DNA of 64,000 bases from Miltoncostaeaceae bacterium (GCA_040219555.1 JAVJSF010000013.1:55507-119506), one strand, 5' to 3'. Shown: positions 1-9,253, counted from the stretch's first letter. Program-made: numbers and translations. Notes: generated from the sequence alone by a model not told the origin.

Positions 1-1274
1 TCCCGGTGGTGGCGTTCCCCCTCGTGGGCGCGCTGTCGCTGGCCGAGGCGACGGCGGCCTACGCCGACCCGGTGATCTTCCTGTTCCTCGGCGGCTTCCT
101 GATCGCGCGCGCCATGGAGCGCTGGGGGCTGCACCGTCGTATCGCCCTCGCCGTCCTGGTGCGTGCGGGCGACCGGCCCGCGGCGATCGTCGCGGGATTC
201 ATGCTCGCCACCGCCTCCCTGTCGATGTGGATCTCCAACACCGCGACGGTGGTGATGATGTTCCCCATCGCGCTGACGGTGATCGCGATCGTCGACGCCG
301 ACTCCGAGCGCTCCGACCGGGGGACTTTCGCCATCTGCCTGATGCTGGCGGTGGCCTACTCGGCCTCGATCGGCTCGGTGGCGACCCTGATCGGGACGCC
401 CCCCAACCTGCTGCTGCGGGCCTTCGTGGAGGAGCAGTACGGCATCACCATCGGCTTCGGGCAGTGGATGCTCGTGGGGGTGCCGCTGGCCGCGCTCATG
501 CTCCCCGTGGCCTGGGCGCTGCTGCTGCGCGTCCATCCTCCCGGCCGGGACCGCCTGAGCGGCGGCCGCGCCGCCCTGCGCGCCAGGCGCGAGGCGCTCG
601 GCCCGATGTCCGCCGGCGAGCGCGTGGTGGCGGTGGTCTTCGCCGGCGTGGTCGCGGCGTGGGTGCTGCGCGGGCCCCTGACCTCGTGGGATGCGGCTCT
701 CGCGTCCGCGCCGTGGCTGGCCGACGTGAGCGATCCGGGCATCGCGATGGCGGGCGCGCTGGTGCTCTTCGCCATCCCCCTCAGCCCGCGCCGCGGGGTG
801 TTCGTGCTCGACTGGGAGCAGGCGCGCGGCCTGCCGTGGGGGATCCTGATCCTGGTCGGCGGCGGGCTCAGCCTGGCGGCGGCGGTGCGGGCCAACGGGC
901 TCGACGCCTGGGTGGGGGAGGGTCTGCACGGGCTCGGTGCCCTGCCGGCGCTGGGGCTTCTGGTCGCGGTCGCCGCCGTGATGATCCTGCTCACCGAGGT
1001 GACCAGCAACACCGCAACGGCGGCCACCCTGCTGCCCGTCCTGGCCGGCGTGGCGCTGGCGATCGGCGTCGACCCGCTGGACCTGCTGGTGCCCGCGGCG
1101 CTGGCGGCGAGCTGCGCGTTCATGATGCCCGTCGCCACCCCGCCGAATGCCGTGGTCTTCGCATCCGGCCGGCTGACGGTGGGCCAGATGGTCCGTGCCG
1201 GCGTACTGCTGAACGTGGCCGGAGTGGTGCTGATCGCGCTCGTCTGCACGCTGCTGGTGCCCCGCGTCTTCTGA
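1..1274 (+). CDS. SLC13/DASS-type (ArsB/NhaD superfamily) anion:cation symporter, 5' end cut by window edge
   Basis: Frame is open from the window edge to TGA 1272-1274. Polytopic membrane protein with two SNT hairpin motifs (WISNTATVVMM, EVTSNTATAATLLP) and PVATPPNAVV, as in DASS permeases. Confidence 0.75.
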   Translation, partial: PVVAFPLVGALSLAEATAAYADPVIFLFLGGFLIARAMERWGLHRRIALAVLVRAGDRPAAIVAGFMLATASLSMWISNTATVVMMFPIALTVIAIVDADSERSDRGTFAICLMLAVAYSASIGSVATLIGTPPNLLLRAFVEEQYGITIGFGQWMLVGVPLAALMLPVAWALLLRVHPPGRDRLSGGRAALRARREALGPMSAGERVVAVVFAGVVAAWVLRGPLTSWDAALASAPWLADVSDPGIAMAGALVLFAIPLSPRRGVFVLDWEQARGLPWGILILVGGGLSLAAAVRANGLDAWVGEGLHGLGALPALGLLVAVAAVMILLTEVTSNTATAATLLPVLAGVALAIGVDPLDLLVPAALAASCAFMMPVATPPNAVVFASGRLTVGQMVRAGVLLNVAGVVLIALVCTLLVPRVF

Positions 1275-1300
1275 CTCCCGCCGCGGGCCCGCGGCGGGAG
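1275..1300. terminator. Perfect 26-nt GC palindrome between convergent genes, candidate bidirectional terminator hairpin
   Basis: CTCCCGCCGCGGG/CCCGCGGCGGGAG lies directly after the transporter stop and before the AKR stop. There is no U-tract. Confidence 0.5.
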
Positions 1301-1305
1301 CGGCC

Positions 1306-2262
1306 TCATCCCGCGGCGGCCTCGCGCAGGCGCTGCAGGCGCTCGCCGTCCAGGCGCAGGTCCATCGCGCCCATGAGTTCGGTGACCTGTTCCACCGAGG
1401 TGGCGCTCGCCAGGACGGCGGCGATCGCGGGCTGCGCCGCCACCCAGGCGACGGCCACCTGGGACGGGGTGGCGTCCACCTCGCGCGCCACCGCGTCGAG
1501 GGTCTCCAGCAGGCCGGTCCCCCGCGCCTCCAGGTGCCGGCGCACGCCGGGCACGCGCACCGATTCCGGGAGCGGCTGCCCCGGCCGGTACTTGCCGGTC
1601 AGGTAGCCGCCGGCCAGCGCCGGATAGGGCACCACGGCGATGCCGCGCTCGACGCAGATCGATTGCATCGCGCCCTCGAAGTCGTAGCGATCGACCAGGT
1701 TGTAGCGGGGTTGGAGCACCGTGTACGGGGCCCAGCCCTCGCGGGCGCTGATGTCGAGCGACTCGGCCAGGCGCTCGGGGGGCAGGTTGGACGCGCCCAG
1801 GTGGCCGACGACCCCCTGGCGCACCAACTCGTCCAGGGCGCCGAGGGTCTCGGGCAGCGGCGTGGCCGGGTCGTCCTCGTGGGTGTAGAGCAGATCGATC
1901 CGCTCGACACCCAGGCGCTCCAGCGATCCCTCCACCCAGCGCATGATCCGGTCGCGCCCCAGGCCCTTCTCGAAGCGTCCGCCGGCCATGCCCATCTTTG
2001 TGGCCACCAGCACCCGCTCGCGCATTCCCGGGCGCGATGCCAGCCACGAGCCGATCATGCGCTCGGACTCGCCGCCCGCACATCCGGGCGCCCAGCCGGG
2101 ATAGGTGTGGGCGGTGTCGATGTGGGTGCCCCCGCCGGCGGTGTAGGCGTCCAGGATGGCGTGGGCCGTCCGCTCGTCGGCCGACCACCCGAAGGTGTTG
2201 GTGCCGAGCGCGAGCGTGGAGGTGTCGAGGCCGGTGGCCCCGAGCGGTCGGGTGTCAGGCAC
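1306..2262 (-). CDS. Aldo/keto reductase family oxidoreductase
   Basis: 318-aa ORF with GTG start. N-terminus LGTNTFGW...DAYTAGGGTHIDTAHTYPGW and later LYTHEDD and VGHLGASN are typical AKR motifs. It overlaps the MFS stop by 8 nt, consistent with one operon. Confidence 0.85.
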   Translation of the reverse strand: MPDTRPLGATGLDTSTLALGTNTFGWSADERTAHAILDAYTAGGGTHIDTAHTYPGWAPGCAGGESERMIGSWLASRPGMRERVLVATKMGMAGGRFEKGLGRDRIMRWVEGSLERLGVERIDLLYTHEDDPATPLPETLGALDELVRQGVVGHLGASNLPPERLAESLDISAREGWAPYTVLQPRYNLVDRYDFEGAMQSICVERGIAVVPYPALAGGYLTGKYRPGQPLPESVRVPGVRRHLEARGTGLLETLDAVAREVDATPSQVAVAWVAAQPAIAAVLASATSVEQVTELMGAMDLRLDGERLQRLREAAAG

Positions 2263-3751
2263 GGGTGGCGACCTCCAGCGACGGGGTGGTGGCCTTCGCG
2301 TCCCGGCGTCCGGTGGGGAGGGCGAGGGCGAAGAGCGTGGCGATCAGCGCGGCACCGGCGCCCACCCACAGCGCCGTGATGAACCCGCCCTCCGCGGGGA
2401 TGGCGGTGCCGGGGATGAGGTCGTTGGCCACGAGGGTGATGGAGACCTGGGCGCCGATGACGCTGCCGAGCGTGCGCACCACGGTGTTCATTCCCGTGGC
2501 GATGCCGGTCTCGGAGATGTCGACCGCGTCGGTGATGAGCTTCGGCATCGCGCCGAAGGCTATCGCCACCCCGCCGGCGCCGATCGCGTAGGTGACCACG
2601 ATCTGCCACGGCTCAGCGTGGAAGAGCGCCATCAGCGCGCAGCCGAGCCCGGACAGGATCAGACCCACCACCAGCGCGGTGCGGTAGCCGGCTGCACGGC
2701 CCAGCACCCCGCCCAGCGGGCCCAGGGGCACCATCACCAGGGCCCCCGGGAGCATGAGCAGGGCCGAGACGGTCACCGAGGCGGCGAAGCCGTAGGTGAC
2801 CAGCGTCGCCACGTCCGGGGGCAGGCCCGCGCCGGCCTGGCTGAACTGGGGCAGCACGGTGAAGATCGCGTACATCATCACCCCGCAGAACAGGGCGGCC
2901 AGATTGGTCATCAGGACGGGCCGCCGGCGCATCATGCGCATGTCGACCATCGGCGCCGGGCTGCGCATCTCCACCAGCACCCACACGGCCAGCACGGCCG
3001 CGCCGGCGCCCGCCAGGCCCAGCGTGGCGGGCGAGCCCCAGCCCCACTGGGTCCCTTGGGTCAGGGCCACCAGCACCATGATCAGCCCGGCCGACAGCAG
3101 CACGGCGCCGGGGATGTCCAAGCGCGCGCTGCCGTAGCGCTCGGACCGGGGGATGAACGCGACGGCGCTCGCCAGCGCGAGGACCCCGAAGGCCGCCCCC
3201 ATGACCATCAGCCAGCGCCACGAGGCGTGATCGACGATCACGCCGCTCATCACCAGCCCGAGTCCGCCGCCGATGCCCAGCGTGGACGACACCAGGCCCA
3301 TGGCCACCCCGACCTTCCGCGGCGGCATGGTGTCGCGCATGATCGAGAAGGCCAGCGGGTACGCGGCCCCTCCGATGCCCTGGAGCGCCCGGAACACGAT
3401 CAGCGACCAGATGTCCCAGGCCACCACCGACAGCACGGATCCCAGGACGAAGACGGCCATCGTGGCGAACAGCAGGCGGTCGCGGCCGAACCGGTCGCCC
3501 AGCTTCCCCAGCAGGGGTGTCGCGACCGACGCCGCCAGCAGGTAGATGGTGACCGTCCACCCGGCCCAGCCGACGGTGGTGCCGAGGTCGCTGCGGATCT
3601 CCGGCAGGGCCGGCACGACGGCCGCCTGGAGCAGAGCGAAGCTGCCCGTGCAGAGCGTGAGGGCCGTAAGGATGAGGCCCGGACGCCCCCGGAGGGGGTG
3701 CGGGCGCGGGGCGACGGCATGCGGCAAGGTGGGGCTCCCGGGACGGCCCAC
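2255..3751 (-). CDS. MFS transporter, DHA2 (EmrB/QacA-like) drug:H+ antiporter family
   Basis: Multi-TM ORF (not counted) with LLGKLGDRFGRDRLL (MFS motif A-like) and ALPEIRSDLG. The ORF-track start at 3955 would overlap the divergent TetR gene. I chose in-frame GTG 3751; TTG 3727 is an alternative, so the start is uncertain. Confidence 0.8.
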   Translation of the reverse strand: MGRPGSPTLPHAVAPRPHPLRGRPGLILTALTLCTGSFALLQAAVVPALPEIRSDLGTTVGWAGWTVTIYLLAASVATPLLGKLGDRFGRDRLLFATMAVFVLGSVLSVVAWDIWSLIVFRALQGIGGAAYPLAFSIMRDTMPPRKVGVAMGLVSSTLGIGGGLGLVMSGVIVDHASWRWLMVMGAAFGVLALASAVAFIPRSERYGSARLDIPGAVLLSAGLIMVLVALTQGTQWGWGSPATLGLAGAGAAVLAVWVLVEMRSPAPMVDMRMMRRRPVLMTNLAALFCGVMMYAIFTVLPQFSQAGAGLPPDVATLVTYGFAASVTVSALLMLPGALVMVPLGPLGGVLGRAAGYRTALVVGLILSGLGCALMALFHAEPWQIVVTYAIGAGGVAIAFGAMPKLITDAVDISETGIATGMNTVVRTLGSVIGAQVSITLVANDLIPGTAIPAEGGFITALWVGAGAALIATLFALALPTGRRDAKATTPSLEVATRA

Positions 3752-3775
3752 TAACGTTACGGGGCGTAAAGTTAG
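3751..3775. promoter_or_regulatory. Inverted repeat in the MFS/TetR divergent region, candidate TetR operator
   Basis: CTAACGTTAC-N5-GTAAAGTTAG, a 10-nt arm pair with 1 mismatch, sits in an AT-richer patch between the divergent genes. Confidence 0.4.
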
Positions 3776-3788
3776 CGACGGTGAACGC

Positions 3789-4394
3789 ATGATGCCCATC
3801 CGCAAGCTCGACACCACGCCACTCGACCGGCCGCGCGGGCGTCCGCGCACCGAGTGCGAGGGGGCGATACTCGAGGCGGCGTGGCGCCTGCTGGGCGAGG
3901 TGGGATACGGGCGCCTGACGATGGAGCGGATCGCACAGGAGGCCGGCGTGGGCAAGCCGACCCTCTATCTGCGCTACCCGTGCAAGGCCGAAGTGGTTGG
4001 CGCCGCGTTCATGCGGGCTCGGCTCGAGCGTGCGCCCGAGCCCACCGGAGACCTGGTGTCCGACATCGCCGCCCAGCTCGACCACATCCGCGCGGTGATG
4101 GACGGCGTCGGGATGGCCCTGGTGGGGACCTGCCTCGCGGAGGAGGAGCACGTCCCCGACCTGATCCACCGCCTGCGCGAGCACAGCCTGCGCCCTGGCC
4201 GGGAGTTGCTGCGCTCCATCCTGCGCGACGCCGCGGCGCGCGGCGAGCTGCCGGCCGCCTGCGACGTCGAGACGGCCCTCGAGATGGCGATCGGCGCCTT
4301 CTACGCGGTCCGGATCGCCGGCGAGCCGTTCGACGAGGGCTGGGCCGGGCGCATCGCCGCCGCGACTGTGCGGCTACTGAGGGCCCCCGCCTGA
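3789..4394 (+). CDS. TetR/AcrR family transcriptional regulator
   Basis: Internal ATG 3789 of ORF 3546..4394. The N-terminal HTH ILEAAWRLLGEVGYGRLTMERIAQEAGVGKPTLYLRY is a classic TetR_N. It is divergent from the MFS gene. Confidence 0.85.
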   Translation: MMPIRKLDTTPLDRPRGRPRTECEGAILEAAWRLLGEVGYGRLTMERIAQEAGVGKPTLYLRYPCKAEVVGAAFMRARLERAPEPTGDLVSDIAAQLDHIRAVMDGVGMALVGTCLAEEEHVPDLIHRLREHSLRPGRELLRSILRDAAARGELPAACDVETALEMAIGAFYAVRIAGEPFDEGWAGRIAAATVRLLRAPA

Positions 4395-4534
4395 GCGACC
4401 GGCCGCCGGGTTCGCCGTGGCACGGGACCGGGCCAGCGGCTTACGGCATAAGAGGAGTCAAGTGGGCGCGGCTGCGGCCGACATTGAGGGTATCCGTGCC
4501 GAGCCCGGCGCACACCGCATCGGAGTCCGCTCAC

Positions 4535-6193
4535 ATGTCCGTCGCCCTGACCGCCGACACCACCGGCGCCACCGCCCCCGCGTCTCACGGTGATGACCTC
4601 GCGCGTCTGGTGATCGAGCAGGATGCGCTGCTGCGCGTGGCGCGAGCGGTCGCGAGCGGGGCGCATCCCGAGGTCGTCTTCGCCCTGGTGGCCCAGGAGG
4701 TCGCGCGCATCATGTGCGTGGAGGCCGGCATCGTCTGGCAGTACTGCCCCGAGGGGTCGCGCGTGGTCGGGACCCACGGCGAGCACGGCTCCCAGCTGGG
4801 TGTGGTGTTCCCCACGACCGGTGAGGGCGCCGTGGCCATCACCGCCCGCACCGGCCGGCCGGCGCGCGTCGACTACCGGGCGATCCCGGCCGCCGACCCG
4901 ACGGCGGCCCGGGTCGTCTCGCAGGGCTACACCGGCGGCGTCGCCGCACCCCTGGTCATCAACGGCAGGCCGTGGGGTGCCGTGCTGGCGGCCACGACCG
5001 GCGACGAGTCGCTACCCAACGACGCCGAGTCGCGCCTGATGCATTTCGCCGAGCTGGCCTCGCTGGCGATCGCCAACGCCCAGGCCCGCGAGGAGCTGAC
5101 GCTGCGGGCGACCATCGATGATCTGACCGAGTCGATCAACCAGGGCGAGTTCCAGCGCCGCATCGACGGCCTGGTCGACGACGCCATCGGCGGAGGTGCT
5201 CCGCTGTCCCTTGTCGTGGTGGACCTGGACCACTTCAAGCGGGTCAACGACGACTTCGGCCACCAGGTGGGGGACCGGGTGCTGCGTTCGGCGGCGCGCG
5301 CCATGTCCGGCGTGATCCGTCCCGAGGGTACGCTGGCCCGGGTAGGCGGCGAGGAGTTCGCCATCATCCTCCCGGGACTGGACGTCGATGCCGCGGCGCG
5401 CGTCGCCGAGCGGGCGCGTCACGCCGTGGCGCGGATGTCCGAGCCAGGCCTGCCGCCGGTCACCGCGTCGGCCGGCGTGGCCGACCTGGCCGATGCCCGC
5501 AGCGCGGACCAGTTGTTCGCCGCCGCGGACCGCGCGCTCTACCTGGCCAAGGAGAGCGGGCGCAACCGCGTCATGACCGTCGCCGCCGCCACGGCCGCCT
5601 CCGGGATGGCGGGCGGGCCGGACCCGGCCGCGGTGGAGTCGCCCGGGCCGCTGGCCGCCGTGAGGGCGCTCGCCGTGGCCGTGGAGGCGAAGGATCCCGC
5701 GACGCGGCGCCACAGCGAGCGGGTGGCCGATCTGGTGGGGCGCATGGCCGCCTCGGCGGGCTGGGCCGCCCGGGACATCGATGCTCTGCGCGAGTGCGCG
5801 CTGGTGCACGACGTCGGCAAGATCGGGGTGCCCGACGCCCTCCTGCTGAAGCGCGGCCCGCTGAGCGCGGACGAGTACGAGCAGGTCAAGGCGCACGCGC
5901 CCATCGGCGCCCAGATCGTCCGCGAGCTGCTGGGCCCGCGTCAGACCGCGTGGGTGCGCCACCACCACGAGCGCCACGACGGCGCCGGCTATCCCGACGG
6001 CCTGGGCGGTGACGAGATCCCCGCGGGCGCGCGCCTGCTGGCGGTGGCCGACGCATACGACGTGATGACCACGGGCCGCAGCTACGCGGCCGCCCGGACG
6101 CCGGCCGACGCCATGGCCGAGGTGCGGGCGATGGCGGGCACCCAGTTCAGCCCGGACGCCGTGCGGGCCCTCGGGGACGCCCTGCCCGGCTGA
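4535..6193 (+). CDS. GAF-GGDEF-HD-GYP multidomain c-di-GMP turnover protein
   Basis: ATG 4535 has GGAG 9 nt upstream. N-terminal GAF-like region. GGDEF domain (DLDHFKRVNDDFGHQVGD, RVGGEEFAIIL). HD-GYP domain (HDVGKIGVPD, HHERHDGAGYPDGL). Confidence 0.85.
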   Translation: MSVALTADTTGATAPASHGDDLARLVIEQDALLRVARAVASGAHPEVVFALVAQEVARIMCVEAGIVWQYCPEGSRVVGTHGEHGSQLGVVFPTTGEGAVAITARTGRPARVDYRAIPAADPTAARVVSQGYTGGVAAPLVINGRPWGAVLAATTGDESLPNDAESRLMHFAELASLAIANAQAREELTLRATIDDLTESINQGEFQRRIDGLVDDAIGGGAPLSLVVVDLDHFKRVNDDFGHQVGDRVLRSAARAMSGVIRPEGTLARVGGEEFAIILPGLDVDAAARVAERARHAVARMSEPGLPPVTASAGVADLADARSADQLFAAADRALYLAKESGRNRVMTVAAATAASGMAGGPDPAAVESPGPLAAVRALAVAVEAKDPATRRHSERVADLVGRMAASAGWAARDIDALRECALVHDVGKIGVPDALLLKRGPLSADEYEQVKAHAPIGAQIVRELLGPRQTAWVRHHHERHDGAGYPDGLGGDEIPAGARLLAVADAYDVMTTGRSYAAARTPADAMAEVRAMAGTQFSPDAVRALGDALPG

Positions 6194-6253
6194 GGGGCTC
6201 CCGCGGGCGCGGGTCCTGCGCTGGCAGACTGGTCCCCATCGGGGCGAGCGGAG

Positions 6254-6757
6254 GTGGTGGTGGCGCGAGGATCGGGCAGGCGGCAGGCGGTCCCCGGCTC
6301 CAAGGATGCGGTGGTGGGCGCCGCGCGGGCCATGCGCGACGAGGGTGCGGTGTGGTCGCGTCGGGTCCTGGTGGCCCAGCGCAAGCAGCAGCGCTTGGTC
6401 AAGGCCCGCGAATCGGCGGGGGAGGAGCGCTCGGGCATCACCGCCGGCGACGTCGCCGACGCCGCGCGCGCCGTGCGCGAGGCCCGCGACGACGACGCGC
6501 AGTTGCGCGCGGCCCTCGCGGATCTGGAGCGTCAGCTGGCCGAGTGCACCGAGACCGAGGCCGACTGGGCGCTCCAGGCGCGGCTGGACGCCGACCGCGT
6601 GGCGGCGGGGCTGGCGGGGGAGCCGGACCCGGCCGGCGGCGCTCCGGGCACCATCGACAGCCTGCGCGGACTGCCGCCGGCGGTGATGGTGGCCGGCGCG
6701 GTGTGGGTGCTGGCGGTCGTGGCCCTGCTGGCCGTCGCGCTGGCGGGACGGGTCTGA
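6254..6757 (+). CDS. Hypothetical tail-anchored protein (charged helical region plus C-terminal TM)
   Basis: 167-aa ORF with GTG start after GGAGG. High GC3. C-terminal hydrophobic segment AVMVAGAVWVLAVVALLAVALAG. No recognisable family. Confidence 0.5.
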   Translation: MVVARGSGRRQAVPGSKDAVVGAARAMRDEGAVWSRRVLVAQRKQQRLVKARESAGEERSGITAGDVADAARAVREARDDDAQLRAALADLERQLAECTETEADWALQARLDADRVAAGLAGEPDPAGGAPGTIDSLRGLPPAVMVAGAVWVLAVVALLAVALAGRV

Positions 6758-6824
6758 GGGGCCGTCCCGCGCTACCGGGTACGGGGGCCGGCGCGCTGGC
6801 GACGGTGCGGCGGCATGACCAAGA

Positions 6825-6841
6825 CCCCGCGTCAGGCGGGG
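6825..6841 (-). terminator. Hairpin downstream of tRNA-Val
   Basis: CCCCGC-GTCAG-GCGGGG lies about 12 nt past the 3' end of the minus-strand tRNA. Confidence 0.35.
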
Positions 6842-6852
6842 CCCTGGTGAGG

Positions 6853-6925
6853 TGGGCTGTACTGGGCTCGAACCAGTGACCCCCAGCTTGTCGAGCTGGT
6901 GCTCTCCCAACTGAGCTAACAGCCC
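6853..6925 (-). tRNA. tRNA-Val (anticodon GAC) with an unusual C at position 33
   Basis: Hand fold of the reverse complement: GGGCTGT TA GCTC AGTTGGGA GAGC A CCAGC TCGACAA GCTGG GGGTC ACTGG TTCGAGC CCAGT ACAGCCC A. CCA is not encoded. Confidence 0.8.
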
Positions 6926-6985
6926 TCGGCGACGCCACGGGCGCCGACGGGGCGCGCAGCATACCAGTCCGCACACGGCCCCTGA

Positions 6986-6991
6986 TAGCGT
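6986..6991 (+). promoter_or_regulatory. -10-like hexamer TAGCGT 6 nt upstream of the purK GTG (leaderless-type promoter)
   Basis: TANNNT pattern. There is no room for an SD sequence. Confidence 0.45.
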
Positions 6992-6997
6992 CACGCC

Positions 6998-8140
6998 GTG
7001 CCCGATCAGGACCCGCCCGCCTACGACATCGGCATCGCCGGCGCCGGCCAGCTGGCCCGGATGACGTGTCTCGCGGCCTGGCCGCTGGGTCTGCGCGTGG
7101 CGGTCCTCGGGCGGCCCGACGAGCCGGCCGCGCCCATGGCCGCCGGCGTTGTGGAGGGCGACTGGAAGGACGCCTCGGCCGTGGCCCGCCTCGGTGCCGC
7201 CGTGGGCGTCGTGACCTTGGAGAACGAGTTCGTCGACGCCGGCGCTCTGGCGGCCGTGCAGGCGGCCGGCACCCCGGTGCGCCCCGACCCCGCCGCCATG
7301 GCCACGGTCCAGGACAAGGCGCTCCAGAAGCAGCTCCTGGCCGACGAGGGCCTGCCGGTACCGCGCTTCGTGGTGGCGGCAGGCCCCGGGGATCTGCCCG
7401 CCATCGGCCGCGACCTCGGCTGGCCGCTCATGCTGAAGTCGCGCACCCTCGGCTACGACGGGTACGGCAACGCCACCTGCGCCGACCCCGAGGCCGCGCG
7501 GGAGGCGTTCGCCCGGCTCGACAAGGGCGAGGGCGTGCTGGCCGAGCAGATGGTCCCCTTCGCCAACGAACTTGCGGCCATGGTGGCCCGCTCGGTGAGC
7601 GGCGCCGAGGCCGTCTACCCGGTGGTCGAGACCATTCAGAGCAATCACGTCTGCCACGAGGTGATCGTCCCGGCGCCGGCCTCGGCAGGGGTGCTGGCGC
7701 GCGCCGCGGAGATCGCGCGTGCCGCCGCCGCGGCGGGCGGCGGACTGGGCGTGATGGGCGTGGAGATGTTCCTGCTGCCCTCGGGGGAGGTGCTGGTCAA
7801 CGAGCTGGCGCCGCGCCCGCACAACTCCGGGCACTACACCATCGAGGCGTGTGAGACCTCGCAGTTCGAGAACCACCTGCGCGGGATCCTCGACCTGCCC
7901 CTCGGCGATGTCTCCCTGCGCACCCCGGCCGCCGTGATGGTGAACCTGCTCGGCTCGACCAGTGGCCCCGCCCACCCGCGCCGCGCCGAGGCGCTGGGCG
8001 TACCCGGCGCCCACCTGCACCTCTACGACAAGGCCGAGGTCCGACCCGGCCGCAAGATGGGCCACATCACCACCCTCGGCCCCACTGCCGCCGACGCGCG
8101 CGAGCGCGCCCGACGTGCCGTGGCCGCGGTGGGCCTGTAG
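6998..8140 (+). CDS. purK: N5-carboxyaminoimidazole ribonucleotide synthase
   Basis: 380-aa ATP-grasp protein: [51 protein letters not shown]...[10 protein letters not shown]. It is followed by purE. Confidence 0.9.
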   Translation: MPDQDPPAYDIGIAGAGQLARMTCLAAWPLGLRVAVLGRPDEPAAPMAAGVVEGDWKDASAVARLGAAVGVVTLENEFVDAGALAAVQAAGTPVRPDPAAMATVQDKALQKQLLADEGLPVPRFVVAAGPGDLPAIGRDLGWPLMLKSRTLGYDGYGNATCADPEAAREAFARLDKGEGVLAEQMVPFANELAAMVARSVSGAEAVYPVVETIQSNHVCHEVIVPAPASAGVLARAAEIARAAAAAGGGLGVMGVEMFLLPSGEVLVNELAPRPHNSGHYTIEACETSQFENHLRGILDLPLGDVSLRTPAAVMVNLLGSTSGPAHPRRAEALGVPGAHLHLYDKAEVRPGRKMGHITTLGPTAADARERARRAVAAVGL

Positions 8141-8162
8141 CCGCGAGCCGGAGGAGCCAGCG

Positions 8163-8669
8163 ATGGCGCGTCAGACGCCCACCCCCCGCGTGGGGATAGT
8201 GATGGGAAGCGACAGCGACCTGCCGACCATGGAGCCGGCCGCCGCGGTGCTGACCGAGCTGGGGATCCCCCACGAGGTCCGCGTGGTCTCGGCCCACCGC
8301 ACCCCGCACGACATGATCACCTACGGCGGCGAGGCCGCCGACCGCGGCCTGCGCGTCATCATCGCCGGCGCCGGCGGGGCCGCACATCTGCCCGGGATGC
8401 TGGCCGCGGTGACCCTGCTGCCGGTGATCGGCGTGCCCGTCAAGAGCAGCAGCCTGGACGGGCTCGACTCGCTGCTGTCGATCGTGCAGATGCCGCGCGG
8501 CGTACCGGTGGCGACGGTCGCCATCGGCAACGGCCGCAACGCCGGCCTGCTGGCCGCGCAGATCATGGCGCTGTCGGACCCGGACCTGACCGGCGCCATC
8601 GCCGAGTTGCGCGCCGACGCCGCCGAGACGGCCCGCACGGCGGACGCCCGTGTGAGCGCCAAGTACTGA
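8163..8669 (+). CDS. purE: N5-CAIR mutase
   Basis: Internal ATG 8163 with GGAGGAG upstream. [39 protein letters not shown] and [10 protein letters not shown] are PurE signatures. Confidence 0.92.
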   Translation: MARQTPTPRVGIVMGSDSDLPTMEPAAAVLTELGIPHEVRVVSAHRTPHDMITYGGEAADRGLRVIIAGAGGAAHLPGMLAAVTLLPVIGVPVKSSSLDGLDSLLSIVQMPRGVPVATVAIGNGRNAGLLAAQIMALSDPDLTGAIAELRADAAETARTADARVSAKY

Positions 8670-8681
8670 CCGGTCGGCCGG

Positions 8682-8708
8682 GGCGCCCACGGCGCCCCCG
8701 GCGCCCCC
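8682..8708. repeat. 3 x 9-bp imperfect tandem repeat (GGCGCCCAC GGCGCCCCC GGCGCCCCC) in the purE downstream intergenic region
   Basis: Read directly from the sequence. Confidence 0.5.
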
Positions 8709-8785
8709 GGACGCGGGCACCGCGGGTCGATGAGACTTTGCTCACATTGGCCTGACGGTCCAGATCCGTCTGCCACCATCCGTCC

Positions 8786-9253
8786 ATGAGGCGGCTCAGG
8801 GAACTGCTCGGCGAGGGCCGCGTGGTCGCGGTGCTCATCGGGGTGGCCGCCATCGCGGCCGCGGTGGTCGCGGTCCGGATGCTGTCGGCCGCTGACTCGG
8901 CGACCGTCGACGCCCTCCCGGTGATCGACCTGCCCGCCCGGACGGCCGAGGAGCGTGTCGCCCCGCCCGCCCAGACGCGGCCCGCGGAGACCGCACCGAA
9001 TCCGGGTGTCACGACGCCCGGCGAACGGGCACCCTCCTCACCGCCGGGCTCGAACCCCGCGTCGCCTCCGCGGGCCGCCCCCACGCCGCCGCGCCGGCGC
9101 CCCACCACGCCGGCTCCCGCGCCGGCGCCGGAGCCGCCGGCCCCGCTCTCGGTCCCCCGCGACGACGATGATGAGGATGGGGACGACGATGATGAGCGCG
9201 AGAGGGTGCGGCCCGCCGCCGCCGGCGGCGACGACGACGATGATGATGACTGA
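8786..9253 (+). CDS. Hypothetical membrane-anchored proline-rich protein with a poly-acidic C-terminal tail
   Basis: 155 aa with high GC3. N-terminal [20 protein letters not shown], then a Pro-rich linker, then [14 protein letters not shown]...GGDDDDDDD. Its stop TGA shares one nt with the HK ATG (TGATG). Confidence 0.55.
   Translation: MRRLRELLGEGRVVAVLIGVAAIAAAVVAVRMLSAADSATVDALPVIDLPARTAEERVAPPAQTRPAETAPNPGVTTPGERAPSSPPGSNPASPPRAAPTPPRRRPTTPAPAPAPEPPAPLSVPRDDDDEDGDDDDERERVRPAAAGGDDDDDDD

Noticed and set aside
3854-4534. N-terminal 227-codon extension of the GAF-GGDEF-HD-GYP ORF (track start 3854)
   Set aside because: The extension overlaps the TetR gene in another frame and is Arg/Gly/Pro-rich. 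ATG 4535 has a correctly spaced GGAG, and the GAF domain begins just after it.
6758-7000. tRNA-Val, and tRNA-Gly at 56154-56226, as integration hot spots for a genomic island
   Set aside because: I saw no integrase, recombinase, transposase or direct repeat of the tRNA 3' end nearby. The flanking genes are ordinary housekeeping or small membrane proteins.
5012-8065. 1017-aa minus-strand ORF spanning the GGDEF gene, a hypothetical gene, tRNA-Val and purK
   Set aside because: It is antisense to well-supported genes and runs through a tRNA. The product is Arg/Gly/Pro/His-rich and low-complexity. It is a typical stop-codon-poor shadow frame of very high-GC DNA.
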